Origin: Candidatus Eiseniibacteriota bacterium
GTDB taxonomy: Bacteria > Eisenbacteria > RBG-16-71-46 > CAVPCR01
Length of the DNA stretch: 64,000 nt
Reading direction: 5' to 3'
NCBI GenBank assembly: GCA_963823555.1
Contig: CAWGMA010000002.1
Span: forward strand, 32,001 to 96,000
Below the pieces are notes generated by a model. That model saw only the letters and a program-made list of their open reading frames with translations, had not been told where the DNA came from and made no database searches. Shown piece by piece: positions 1 to 9,913 of the stretch. Made by a program: the position numbers and the translations under genes. Within the stretch, counting starts at the first letter, position 1, and each line of letters starts with the position of its first letter.

Positions 1-1
1 C

Positions 2-454
2 ATCTTCACTGATCCCAAGGTCATGGCGTCCTTTGACGATCAGCTGTTTGATCGCTCCATGATGGAGCAGTGGATCCGCCGTAACCTCGATCATCAAGAC
101 CAGCATGGATACGGTCTGTTTTCCGTGCTCTTGCGTGGTGCGAGAACCGTTATTGGCGACTGCGGTCTAGAGCACATGACAGTCGACGGAATGCCAGAAC
201 TCGAACTTGGATACGATTTCCGCAGCGACCATTGGAATCGAGGTCTGGCGACCGAGGCGGCGCTTGCGGTGCGCGACTTCGCGTTCAAGGAGCTTGGCAT
301 GCCTCGCCTCGTAAGCCTCATTCGATCCTCGAACGCGGCATCTTGTCGCGTAGCGGAAAAGATAGGAATGTCGAGGGAGCGAGAGGTCGCGCGAGCGGGC
401 CATGAGTATTGGATCTATTCCATATCGAGGAGCGAGTCCAGCTTTCTTCGGTGA
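2..454 (+). CDS. GNAT N-acetyltransferase, RimJ/RimL family (5' end probably outside the window)
   Basis: ELGY..., HWNRGLATEAA and N.AS.RVAEKIGM motifs; the frame is open back to the window edge (IFTDPKVMA). Confidence 0.85.
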   Translation: MFTDPKVMASFDDQLFDRSMMEQWIRRNLDHQDQHGYGLFSVLLRGARTVIGDCGLEHMTVDGMPELELGYDFRSDHWNRGLATEAALAVRDFAFKELGMPRLVSLIRSSNAASCRVAEKIGMSREREVARAGHEYWIYSISRSESSFLR

Positions 455-499
455 GGGCTGGAACCCCGAGGCGTTGGTGCTGGCCCAGGAGGACCATCG

Positions 500-2164
500 A
501 TGAAGCGTCTCTTTTCATTCCGCTGGCTGATCGCTTGTTTGCCGCTGCTGTTCGCATCGATATCCCTTGCCGAGCCGGTTCGCCTCTCCGATCTCGAGCG
601 GCAGTTCCAAGCGCTCCAGCTGGCGGCGGTGAACGCGTACACGCAAGGGGACTACCATGCCTCGGTCGCGGCTTACGATGAGATCCTGGACACAGTAGGT
701 ATCGAGCTCTTTCCGGAACAGGCGCCGGGGATTCTCTACAACCTCGCGTGCAGCGCCGCCCTCGCAGGAGAGCCCGAGAAGGCGATCCGTGCCCTCCAGG
801 CCGCCGTGGACGCAGGCTGGCGAAACGCGGAACACCTCGCGCGGGACACGGACCTCGATAGTATCCGAAGCGCGCCCGAGTTCCAGGAGATCGCGATCCG
901 CATGGAGCGTGACGCAGCGCTCGAAGAGAAGATGTGGGCAGGTCCGGCGCTCCAGACGCCGTACAGGGAGGACATCCCGGTGGCAGAGAAGGTGGCGGGG
1001 CTGGCCCGAATCTGGATGGAAGCGAAGTTCGCTTTCGCATTCTTCGACCAGGTGCCTGAACTTGACTGGGACGCGGAGTACCTCGCCTCCATCCCGGAAG
1101 TGATGGCGACCCGGTCGACCCGGGAGTACTACGAGATCCTCGGAAGACTCGTGGCCAAGCTCCGGGACGGTCATACGAACATCACCTACCCCGTGGAACT
1201 CCACGAAAAGGTGTACGCGAAGCCCCCGGTCCGCACGGCCCTGATCGAGGGTCGCGTCCTCGTCACCGGGATCGTCAATCCCGCAGTCACCTCGGTGGAA
1301 GTGGGCGAGGAGGTGGTCTCGATCGACGAGACCCCGGTGAAGGAGTACGCGGAGACCCGCATCCGCCCCTATGTCTGTGCCTCGACCCCACAGGACAGCG
1401 ACAACCGGACCTACGACTACGAGCTTCTCACCGGAGACCGGGACGTTCCCGTCACGCTGGGACTTCGGGATAGGAACGGAGAAGAGAGAACCGTTCGGAT
1501 CGATCGCGGGCTGGAGTGGATCCATGATGCGCCGCTCGTCGAATCACGTATTTTGGACGGGGGGATCGGTTATCTGGCCATCCATTCCTTCTCCAGCGAG
1601 TCTCCCATCGATTCCCTCGTCGAGACCGCGATGGGCGAGCTGCGGAGTGCGCATGGTCTCGTAATCGACATTCGCGACAACGGGGGCGGGAGCAGCGGAT
1701 GGTGGGTGATGGAATACCTCGTTGCCGAGTATGAGCTCACCACGTGGGCCACGCGCGATTATCGTCCCGCCTTTCGGGCTTGGGGCCGCCAGCAAACATG
1801 GTATCGGAGTCGTCCGTCCTCCCGGCCCGGGTTCGATCCGCCAAAGCGCTTCGATGGTCCCGTCGTGCTCTTGACCAGCCCGCGCACTTTCTCGGCGGCC
1901 GAGGACTTCGCTGCCGTCTTCCGCTGGTCGCGCCGGGGGAAGATCGTCGGCGAGGCGACCGCTGGGAGCACCGGCCAGCCTCTCTTCTTCCGCCTCCCCG
2001 GAGGAGGCTCGGCCCGGATATGCACGAAACGCGACACCTATCCGGACGGATCGGAGTTCGTCGGATACGGAGTTCAGCCGGATGTGGAAGTGCACCGCAC
2101 GGTGGAAGGCTATCGGAGCGGGAGAGACGAGATACTGGAGGCGGCTCTCGCCGTGCTGCGGTAG
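500..2164 (+). CDS. Secreted S41-family peptidase with N-terminal TPR-like region
   Basis: Signal peptide; YNLAC TPR motif; L.DGHT, IDIRDNGGG, TFSAAEDF (catalytic Ser), VGEATAG, GVQPD. Confidence 0.9.
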   Translation: MKRLFSFRWLIACLPLLFASISLAEPVRLSDLERQFQALQLAAVNAYTQGDYHASVAAYDEILDTVGIELFPEQAPGILYNLACSAALAGEPEKAIRALQAAVDAGWRNAEHLARDTDLDSIRSAPEFQEIAIRMERDAALEEKMWAGPALQTPYREDIPVAEKVAGLARIWMEAKFAFAFFDQVPELDWDAEYLASIPEVMATRSTREYYEILGRLVAKLRDGHTNITYPVELHEKVYAKPPVRTALIEGRVLVTGIVNPAVTSVEVGEEVVSIDETPVKEYAETRIRPYVCASTPQDSDNRTYDYELLTGDRDVPVTLGLRDRNGEERTVRIDRGLEWIHDAPLVESRILDGGIGYLAIHSFSSESPIDSLVETAMGELRSAHGLVIDIRDNGGGSSGWWVMEYLVAEYELTTWATRDYRPAFRAWGRQQTWYRSRPSSRPGFDPPKRFDGPVVLLTSPRTFSAAEDFAAVFRWSRRGKIVGEATAGSTGQPLFFRLPGGGSARICTKRDTYPDGSEFVGYGVQPDVEVHRTVEGYRSGRDEILEAALAVLR

Positions 2165-2292
2165 CATGGAACCGGGCTCATCTCGCGCGGCTATGCCACC
2201 ATCATCGCCTCCCGGATCAAGCCGGCGGCCGCCCATGGCAGTCGGATCCTCTGCTCGGCCACAGCTCTTGGGAGAAGGGAACATTGTCGAAG

Positions 2293-2676
2293 ATGGCACA
2301 ATCCATACGCACCATTCGACCAAGCGAACGTAAGACCCTGCCCTGCCCTCCGGACTTTCCTTTCGTTCGGCAGGAGATGTTCGGTGACGATCACGTCTGG
2401 TTGGGAATGGTCACCACCGAGCCGGGAGGCGCGTCACCATGGCACCATCATGGCAAGCACGAGACCTACGTCTTCCTCCTCGAGGGAGAGGCTACTGTCG
2501 AGTTCGGTGCGGGTGGGACCGGCCGTCTACACGCGACAGCAGATGGGTCGCTACACATCATTCCACCGGGGCTGCCTCACCGGGAGATCAACACGGGCAC
2601 AACACCTAACCGGATGCTTGTCGTGAGGGTCGGCGAGGGGCCGGCAGTTGTCCCCCTCGACGGTCCCCCCAAGTGA
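2293..2676 (+). CDS. Cupin-domain protein
   Basis: PGGASPWHHHGKHETYVFLLEG and IPPGLPHREIN cupin motifs; ATG at 2293. Confidence 0.85.
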   Translation: MAQSIRTIRPSERKTLPCPPDFPFVRQEMFGDDHVWLGMVTTEPGGASPWHHHGKHETYVFLLEGEATVEFGAGGTGRLHATADGSLHIIPPGLPHREINTGTTPNRMLVVRVGEGPAVVPLDGPPK

Positions 2677-2829
2677 GGGCGGGGTCGCCCAAAGCAGTCG
2701 TTGCGGCCATGTTCGTGGCTGCTGCCGGGATGCGGTGACAGACTGGGCGGCCTCGAAGCGATTTGAGCCGCTGCAGGCGCCGACGACGGGCAGGTAACGG
2801 GACGGGGCGTCGGCAAGGAGGAGCGAGAC

Positions 2830-3225
2830 GTGGCCGTGCGTATTGTCAGGCTTGGTAGTCCCCGCGTGCCAGATGAAGGCGTGCGCATCGGCACGGTCCG
2901 CCGTCCACCACGCGGGGTGCCCAAGGCCGAATTCGCCGCGCAGAACTGGTACGATATCTGGCTCCCCAACCTGGCGCCGAGCCCGGAGACCATGAAGCTC
3001 GGCCAGGCAGCCACGACGCCCGCCCAGCGGGCTGCGTTCACCAGGAAGTACCGTGCGGAAATGACCGCTCCCGACAACAGCCACGTCATCGAGCTTCTGG
3101 CCACGCTGTCTCGCCAAAGCGACTTCTCGGTCGGTTGCTACTGCGAGAACGAGGCGCGCTGTCATCGATCGATCCTGCGCGATCTCCTGCTGGAGAAGGG
3201 GGCCGAGCTGAAGGGTGATGACTAG
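2830..3225 (+). CDS. DUF488 (YeaO-like) family protein
   Basis: VRRPPRGVPK, WLPNLAPS, CYCE...CHRSIL; SD AAGGAGGAG upstream. Confidence 0.85.
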   Translation: MAVRIVRLGSPRVPDEGVRIGTVRRPPRGVPKAEFAAQNWYDIWLPNLAPSPETMKLGQAATTPAQRAAFTRKYRAEMTAPDNSHVIELLATLSRQSDFSVGCYCENEARCHRSILRDLLLEKGAELKGDD

Positions 3226-3293
3226 CGAGGAGCTCGCCGAAGGAAGCCAGGACACTAGGCTACGTCCCGCTCTGCGGCGCTCCACTTCCGGCA

Positions 3294-3311
3294 CGCTGTC
3301 TCGAGACAGCG
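3294..3311. promoter_or_regulatory. Perfect 18-bp palindrome CGCTGTCTCGAGACAGCG (possible operator)
   Basis: Exact self-complementary sequence ending 8 nt before the probable ATG at 3320. Confidence 0.35.
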
Positions 3312-3319
3312 CCCCAGCG

Positions 3320-4231
3320 ATGACTACGGCCCGCGAATACGATCCAGACAGCGATTTCCTTCGCGTCCGTGATTTCCTTTCGATCACCTACCAGGCCTTC
3401 GGGAGACCGCTCAACTGGCGGATCGAACGCTGGAACTGGGCCCGATATCATCCCGGCATGTTCGAGGGTGAGTCAGCAAGGAAGATCGAGTTCTGGGAGC
3501 AGGCGGTCCGCATCTGGGAGACCGGAGCGCAGGAGATCGTGGGGGTCGTGAACGTCGAGTCTCCCCAGTACGGAAGAGCGTACCTCCAACGCCATCCAGG
3601 TCACACCACCCTGCTGGGAGAGATGCTGGACTATGCGGAGGGAGCGCTGACCGATAGAGAGAATGGCGTCCTGCGCTGCTCCGCCTATGTCTACGACGAG
3701 CACTTCCAGGCATTGCTCCGGAGTCGGGGCTATCGCCAGCAACTCGAGCACCCCGAGTATGATTCGGAGTTCATGATCGAAGGACTCCCGGAAGTGACCC
3801 TGCCCCGTGGATACGCCGTGCAATCCATGGCGGAGGGAGGCGACATGGCCCTCCGATGCAAGGTCCAGGGGCTGGGGTTCGATCATCCCGATCCAGCGGA
3901 CTGGACGACGGTGTCGGCGTACCGGCGCGTGCAAGCGGCACCCGACTACCGTGAGGATCTCGATCTTTTTGTCCGGGGTCCGGATGGCGATTATGTGTCC
4001 TGCGGTATCCTGTGGCTCGACGAACGCAACCGCCTGGGGATCTGCGAGCCGATGTGCACGCACCCGAGTTACCGGCGCATGGGCTTCGGTCGCGCCGTCA
4101 TGATGGAAGGCGTCCGACGGGTAGCGGCCCTCGGTGCGCTGAGAGTCCAGGTCGGTTCGGGACAGCGGTTCTATGAAGCGATTGGCTTCGAGAGGAAGTA
4201 CAGGAGTTATCGCTGGACCAGGAACTGCTAG
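3320..4231 (+). CDS. Two-domain GNAT acetyltransferase
   Basis: C-terminal EPMCTHPSYRRMGFGRA and FYEAIGF; alternative start at 3215/3218. Confidence 0.85.
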   Translation: MTTAREYDPDSDFLRVRDFLSITYQAFGRPLNWRIERWNWARYHPGMFEGESARKIEFWEQAVRIWETGAQEIVGVVNVESPQYGRAYLQRHPGHTTLLGEMLDYAEGALTDRENGVLRCSAYVYDEHFQALLRSRGYRQQLEHPEYDSEFMIEGLPEVTLPRGYAVQSMAEGGDMALRCKVQGLGFDHPDPADWTTVSAYRRVQAAPDYREDLDLFVRGPDGDYVSCGILWLDERNRLGICEPMCTHPSYRRMGFGRAVMMEGVRRVAALGALRVQVGSGQRFYEAIGFERKYRSYRWTRNC

Positions 4232-4249
4232 CTTTCGGAGGGGCACGAC

Positions 4250-5092
4250 ATGAGACTGCCGCTCGCCGGGCTCTTGCTTGTCCTGTCATTGGTGTCGAGT
4301 GGCGACCTCCACGGACAGGATGCCTCAGGTCGGTTTCAGATCGAATCGCGTGCGGTCGGTGTCGCCTATGATATCGAGGTGGTGACCCCGGCAGAGAGCT
4401 CTGCCGTAGCGAAGTATCCCGTGGCCTACTGCATGGACTGGTATATCCTTGACGACTATCTCAAGTCCCTGCCCGGGCTGATGGCCCTTGGCCGCCTGGT
4501 GGAGCCCTACATCCTCGTGGGAATCGCCCAGGGTTCGACGACCGAGGACTGGGCTGCGGCGCGAACGAGGGACTTCACGCCGGTTCATCCCGCAGACGAA
4601 TATTCCAGGAGTCACATGTATCCACCCGCCCTCGATGCGACCGGGGGTGCGCAGAAGTTCGTCGCGTTCCTCGAGAGTGAGCTCATCCCGCAGATCGAAT
4701 CGAGGTATCCTGCCGATCCCTCTCGCCGGTGTTTTGTCGGCTATTCACTGGGCAGCCTGCTGGGCGTCTATGTCATGACCGAGCGCACCGGTTTGTTCCA
4801 GGACTACATACTGGGAAGTCCTTCGCTGTGGTTCAACGATTACTACCTGTCCTCCATGCTAGAGGAGGGACCGGCGGACCGCCTTGCAGCCATCGAGAAG
4901 GTCTACGTCAGCGTCGGTGAAGAGGAGTCCTGGGAAATGCTGAAGAGCTTCGACCTCATGCGCTCCGCGCTCACCCGGACCGCAGGCGGAGGTCCGGAGA
5001 TCAAGGCGGAGATCATCGACGCGGCAGGACATGTCGGCGCCATGCCGATCTCCCTCTACAATGGATTTCGCTTCATCTTTCAGAACGACTGA
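4250..5092 (+). CDS. Secreted alpha/beta hydrolase (IroE/BesA-like esterase)
   Basis: Signal peptide; RTRDFTP, GGAQKF..FLE.ELIP.IE..Y, GYSLG nucleophile elbow, SPSLW. Confidence 0.85.
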   Translation: MRLPLAGLLLVLSLVSSGDLHGQDASGRFQIESRAVGVAYDIEVVTPAESSAVAKYPVAYCMDWYILDDYLKSLPGLMALGRLVEPYILVGIAQGSTTEDWAAARTRDFTPVHPADEYSRSHMYPPALDATGGAQKFVAFLESELIPQIESRYPADPSRRCFVGYSLGSLLGVYVMTERTGLFQDYILGSPSLWFNDYYLSSMLEEGPADRLAAIEKVYVSVGEEESWEMLKSFDLMRSALTRTAGGGPEIKAEIIDAAGHVGAMPISLYNGFRFIFQND

Positions 5093-5113
5093 GGTCGAGG
5101 GGGGCACGAGCAC

Positions 5114-5518
5114 ATGGATGAAAAGAAGCAAGTGTCCGCTTGTCTGGAGCGGATCGTCCAGGCCGGGATGGCTGGCAAGACCGACGCCCTCCCTTCGCTC
5201 CTCCACGATGACGTGGTCATGGCGTTCCCCGGCTTCAGTGGCCGGGCGCAGGGGAAGGCCGCCATGCTCGGCGGGTTCGAAGACTTCGTCGCGAACGCCA
5301 TCGTACAGGCTCACGAGGAGCTGGATGAGCAGGTGGATGTGATCGATGACCTGGCAGTGGGGAGCTATCGCTTCGACATCACCTACTCCCGGGGCGGCGC
5401 CAGTCACCGCAGCACGGGGCGCGACCTCTGGGTGTTCCGCAAGTCCGGAGATCGCTGGCAGGCCGTATGGCGGACCATGCTGGAGCTGGTTGATGAGGAG
5501 TTGCCAGCACAGCTCTAG
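5114..5518 (+). CDS. NTF2/SnoaL-like (DUF4440) protein
   Basis: About 134 aa; LLHDDVV ... GRDLWVFRK..DRWQAVW pattern. Confidence 0.75.
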   Translation: MDEKKQVSACLERIVQAGMAGKTDALPSLLHDDVVMAFPGFSGRAQGKAAMLGGFEDFVANAIVQAHEELDEQVDVIDDLAVGSYRFDITYSRGGASHRSTGRDLWVFRKSGDRWQAVWRTMLELVDEELPAQL

Positions 5519-5553
5519 GTCGTACAGCTCGACTTGCAGAGAGTGGAGGTTGG

Positions 5554-6552
5554 ATGAGAGCGCGGACACTGGGGACGACCGGTATCTCGATCTCGCGCGT
5601 GATCCTCGGCTGCGGTACCTTCGGCGGCATCGGCGGAGCCCGGGATCTGATCGGGCGCGGCCTCGACCGTGAGGCGGCGTTCGCCACGATGGACGAAGCG
5701 GTCGCTCTCGGTATCGACGTCTTCGACACCGCGGAACGCTATGCCGACGGTGAAAGCGAGCGAGCCATGGGGGAATGGCTCCACAGCCGCCCGGAAACAG
5801 TGACCTCCCGGGTCCGCGTCGCCACCAAGGTGGCGCCGCCGAAGGCCGACGGCGCCGATGGGGTCCCGTTCGATCGCGACTACATCGAGCGCAAGCTGGC
5901 GGTGAGCCTCGAGCGTCTGGGGCTCGACCGAGTTGCCTTCTACCTCTCCCACGCGCCGGACGAGGTGACGCCCATCGAGAAGACGGTGGAAGGCTTTGCT
6001 GCCGTGGTCGAATCCGGACGCGCGGCCCACATCGGGTGCTGCAATGTCGATGTCGCTCAGCTCCTCGAGGCGCTGGAGGCAGCGGATCGGCTCGGAGTCC
6101 GGGGCTTCGAGTGGGTGCAGAACGGCTACAGCCTGCTGTCACCCGATGACGAGCGAGAAGTCCGGGCCGTGTGCCGGGAGCGAGGTCTCGGCTTCACGCC
6201 CTTCTCGCCCCTGGCCGGTGGGGTGTTGACGGGAAAGTACCGGCGCGGCGAGTCTTTCCCGGAGGGGACGCGCATGGCGCTGCGGCCGGAAGGACATGCC
6301 GCCCTCATGACCGACGCGGTGCATGATGCGCTCGACCGGCTTCGGGGTGCGGCGGCGGCCCGTGGTGTGAGTCCCGGGGCCCTCGCCCTCGCCTGGGTGC
6401 TCTCGCATCCGGACTGCACCGCGCCGGTCGTGGGGCCCTCGCGCCGGGCGCCGCATCTCGGGCATGTGGCCGAAGCCCTCGCCGTGGAGCTGACCGCGGA
6501 CGACCGCGAGCAACTCACCCGATGGTTCGCGAAGGCGCAGGGCGTCGTGTGA
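5554..6552 (+). CDS. Aldo/keto reductase
   Basis: LGCGTFG, FDTAERY, ATKV, SLERLG, PFSPLAGGVLTGKY. Confidence 0.92.
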   Translation: MRARTLGTTGISISRVILGCGTFGGIGGARDLIGRGLDREAAFATMDEAVALGIDVFDTAERYADGESERAMGEWLHSRPETVTSRVRVATKVAPPKADGADGVPFDRDYIERKLAVSLERLGLDRVAFYLSHAPDEVTPIEKTVEGFAAVVESGRAAHIGCCNVDVAQLLEALEAADRLGVRGFEWVQNGYSLLSPDDEREVRAVCRERGLGFTPFSPLAGGVLTGKYRRGESFPEGTRMALRPEGHAALMTDAVHDALDRLRGAAAARGVSPGALALAWVLSHPDCTAPVVGPSRRAPHLGHVAEALAVELTADDREQLTRWFAKAQGVV

Positions 6553-6604
6553 TCGTGCCGATCCCGCCACCATCCACCAAGCGCAGAGGAACTGGCGAAA
6601 CTCG

Positions 6605-7417
6605 ATGACTCGACATAGGACCCGAGGGTGGCTGCTCCTGGGAGTAGGACTCGCGGCGGGCGCGGTTCTGGCCTCCGGGCCGGCAAGTCTTACCGCACTA
6701 GCTGTGGAGACGGGATTTCTGGATCGCACCGCGACCGTGGCCGGCGGCACCTATCGATACCAGGTGTATGTGCCGGCCGCATATCCCACGGCCGAGGCGT
6801 GGCCCGTCATCCTGTTCCTCCATGGAAGCGGGGAATGCGGTAGCGACGGACTGGCGCCGACGACCGTCGGGATCGCGCCGGCGATCAGGCGATCACCCTC
6901 GCGTTACCCCGCCATCGTCGTCTTTCCCCAGGCGCCGGCCGACTCCAGCTGGGCCGGGATACCCGGGGAGATGGCCCTCGCCGCGCTGGACCGCACGCTC
7001 GCCGAGTTTCACGCCGATTCCACTCGCGTCTACCTGGTCGGTCTATCCATGGGCGGCAACGGTGCCTGGCACCTGGCGTATCGTCATCCTGAGCGGTTCG
7101 CTGCGCTGGCTGTCATCTGCGGCTACGTGACCCCGCCCGTGACCCTCTCGAACCGCAAGTCCGCCGTGCCCGCGGAGGATGGCGAGCCGCTCGTCGCGGT
7201 CGCGGGGCGGCTGGGCCGAATGCCGACCTGGATCTTCCACGGCGAGGTGGATTCGGTGGTTCCGGTGGAGGCGTCGCGCCAGGTGGCTCAGGCCCTCGAG
7301 CGCGACGGCGGTGATGTGCGGTACAGCGAGTTTCCGGGGATCGACCACGGGGTCTGGGATGCGGTGTTCTCGTCGCCGAGCTTCGTCGAGTGGCTGTTCG
7401 CCCAGCGGCGGCCCTAG
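6605..7417 (+). CDS. Secreted serine hydrolase (COG4099-like peptidase/phospholipase)
   Basis: PVILFLHGSGE.G, GLSMGG, WIFHG..D.VVP, H.VW. Confidence 0.85.
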   Translation: MTRHRTRGWLLLGVGLAAGAVLASGPASLTALAVETGFLDRTATVAGGTYRYQVYVPAAYPTAEAWPVILFLHGSGECGSDGLAPTTVGIAPAIRRSPSRYPAIVVFPQAPADSSWAGIPGEMALAALDRTLAEFHADSTRVYLVGLSMGGNGAWHLAYRHPERFAALAVICGYVTPPVTLSNRKSAVPAEDGEPLVAVAGRLGRMPTWIFHGEVDSVVPVEASRQVAQALERDGGDVRYSEFPGIDHGVWDAVFSSPSFVEWLFAQRRP

Positions 7418-7471
7418 GCCGAGTCGACTCGGGCGCGTCGCGGCACTGCTGGCAGAGGAGGTTGCAGGCTG

Positions 7472-8114
7472 ATGCTATCGGCACGGGACGCACTGGGACG
7501 CTTGCGAGAGGGAAACAGCCGTTTCGCGTCGGGTGTGCGGAGCCTCGACACGCTCATGAGCCAGACGCGGCGCGAGGAGTTCGTCGCCGGCCAGAAACCG
7601 TTCGCTGTGGTTGTCGGCTGCTCCGACTCGCGCGTTCCCGTGGAGATGATCTTCGACCAGGGCCTCGGCGACCTGTTCGTGATCCGGGTGGCAGGTAACA
7701 TCGTCGCGCCCTCGCAGATCGGCAGCGTGGAGTTCGCTGCGGAGCGCTTCGGCACCCGTCTCGTCGTAGTCCTCGGGCACACCCTGTGCGGAGCGATCGA
7801 GGCCACGCTGGAGGAGCTTCAACGACCGACGGAGAACCAGTCGCGGAACCTGCGCTTCGATCGTCGATCGCATCCGACCCTCGGTCGAGGGCCTGCTGGC
7901 GACCGAGCTCAGGAGAGACCAGGAGGCCCTGGCGCGAGAGGCGGTGCGAGCCAACGTCCGCGTGTCTGCAAACCAGCTGAGACATGGGTCTGAAGTGCTG
8001 GAGCAACTGATCCGGGACGATGGCCTTCTAGTCGTTGGGGCGGAATATGCGCTCGACACGGGGCTGGTCGACTTCTTTGATGCCATGCACCCGTCCGGCC
8101 AGCGTGGGATGTGA
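7472..8114 (+). pseudogene. Beta-class carbonic anhydrase split by an apparent +1 frameshift (real lesion or sequencing error)
   Basis: GCSDSR, GDLFVIRVAGN and GHTLCGA zinc motifs. The C-terminus (SIVDRIRPSV...AVRANV...GAEYALDTGLVDFF) continues in another frame after TT at 7856-7857. Confidence 0.85.
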
Positions 8115-8176
8115 CGCACGAACTGGGTCATGCCGGCGGAAGGCGGCAAGCGGATCCAGCTCACGAGCCACCCCTG

Positions 8177-9913
8177 CTACTTGGCTGCCGGCGCCTCCGC
8201 CTTCGAGGCGTCGAAGACGTGCACGGTGCGCGTCGGGAAGGCGAAGGCCGTGCCCGCATCCTCCACGACCTGCATGAAGCCGAGCAGCACTTCCTGGCGG
8301 CACTGCTGGAAGTCGGCCCAGGTCGGCACCTGGAACCAGGCCATGATCTCGATGTCGAGCGAGCTGGCGCCGAACTCCTTGAACTTGATTACCATGGAAT
8401 CGGGCCAGATCTTCGGGTGTTCGCGGAGCACGCGCTCGAATCCTTCGAGCACTTGCTGCATCTGAGCATGCGTCGTGCCGTACTCGACGCCGATCGTGGT
8501 GGCGAGGCGCATGCGGTCGCGAGCGGTGTAGGACTCGAGCCGCATATCGGCGACCTTCCCGTTCGGGATCGAGATCAGGGTGCGGTCGAGGGTCCGGAAT
8601 CGCGTCGAGCGGAGGCCGATATCCTCGACCGTGCCGACGAAGTCCTCCACCTTGACGAAATCGCCGACGCGGAACGGGCGGTCGGCGGCGAGGGAGATCG
8701 AGCCGAAGAGATTCTCGATGGTCTTCTGCGCGCCGAAGGCGAACGCGAAGCCGCCGATGCCGAGGCCGGCGAGAAGCGTGTTCACCGGGTAGCCGAGCTC
8801 CGCAAGCATCGCCACGATTCCGGAGGCGGCCACGAAGCCCTTGGCGAGATTGCGGCCCACGGTGAGCACGCTGCGAGCCGAGGCGCTCTGGGCGGCCCAC
8901 GGTGTGGCGAGCAGAGCATCCCAGACGACATCGACGACGCGCCACAACAGGAAGAAGACGATGACGACGCCTGTCGCCCCGAGCAGCGAGCGCACGAACG
9001 CCTCGGCCGGCTCGTAAAGATCCAGCAAGGGTAGTAGCGCATAGGCGGCGACCAGCATCCACACGAGAGTGAGCGGTGCCGCCGAACGGTCGAGCAGGTG
9101 GTCGTCCCAGGTGGCGCGGGTGTGGGCGAAGGCGCGGCCCAGGACATTGCGCGTGATCCAGCCGAGCAGGCGCCCCACCGCCCACGCGACGAGGAGGAGG
9201 AGCGGCAGCGCCAGCCATTGCCACCACAGCAGGTCGCGGGGTCCGGGGCGCAGCAGAAGCTCGGGCATCCACTCGTGCAACCAGTGATCCGGGAGATCGC
9301 CATACCAATGATCGATGCGCCCGACGGTGCTCCGGGAGAAGGCCCAGTAGCTGCCTTGATCGTCGTGTGTCTTGACGAGTCGCACCGTTTCGTTGCGCTT
9401 GCCGGAAGGGATCGTTCCGATCTGCTCGACATGGGCCGGCAGGTCATCGTCGTGAGACCCGTCGGGGTCGGCCGAGATGGTATCGAGATCGATCCACAGG
9501 TACCGGTCCAGGACCGCCTTGAGCCGCATGGCAAGCTCAGCCGCCTCGCCAGCGCGCGCCGGGGGCACCTGCAGGTAGCGCGTGGCCTCCGCATAGTGGC
9601 CGTCGCGCGTGAGCTCGAGGTAGGCCTGCACCGAGGCGCGTGGCGAGTCGCTGGCGACCTCCGCCGGTCCTTCATCCACGGGTTCCGGTGGCGGAGGGGT
9701 CTCGACCGGCGTGGGTAGCTGCGCCAGGGCGGGGCGAGCGAGGAGGCCGGATGTGGCGGTGAGGCCGGTGGCGACCGACCCGGCGGCGACGAGCAGGACG
9801 AGCAGGGTCTGGACGATCCGCGGGCTTGGCCCGAGCGGCGCCCCGCCTTCGCCGCTGGAGTGTCTCTTCATCATCACGGGGCCGAGTAGACAACCCCGGA
9901 GCGCGAGGGTCAA
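8177..9913 (-). CDS. MscS-family mechanosensitive channel with periplasmic N-terminal domain
   Basis: LAGLGIGGFAFAFGAQKTIENLFG, DRPFRVGDFV, GTVEDIGLRST, FAFPTRT; start may be 9874. Confidence 0.92.
   Translation of the reverse strand: MTLALRGCLLGPVMMKRHSSGEGGAPLGPSPRIVQTLLVLLVAAGSVATGLTATSGLLARPALAQLPTPVETPPPPEPVDEGPAEVASDSPRASVQAYLELTRDGHYAEATRYLQVPPARAGEAAELAMRLKAVLDRYLWIDLDTISADPDGSHDDDLPAHVEQIGTIPSGKRNETVRLVKTHDDQGSYWAFSRSTVGRIDHWYGDLPDHWLHEWMPELLLRPGPRDLLWWQWLALPLLLLVAWAVGRLLGWITRNVLGRAFAHTRATWDDHLLDRSAAPLTLVWMLVAAYALLPLLDLYEPAEAFVRSLLGATGVVIVFFLLWRVVDVVWDALLATPWAAQSASARSVLTVGRNLAKGFVAASGIVAMLAELGYPVNTLLAGLGIGGFAFAFGAQKTIENLFGSISLAADRPFRVGDFVKVEDFVGTVEDIGLRSTRFRTLDRTLISIPNGKVADMRLESYTARDRMRLATTIGVEYGTTHAQMQQVLEGFERVLREHPKIWPDSMVIKFKEFGASSLDIEIMAWFQVPTWADFQQCRQEVLLGFMQVVEDAGTAFAFPTRTVHVFDASKAEAPAAK

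Noticed and set aside
2686..2816. Integron attC site
   Set aside because: It lacks proper RYYYAAC/GTTRRRY core sites and the arms pair only weakly; kept only as a hint in the cassette-like finding.
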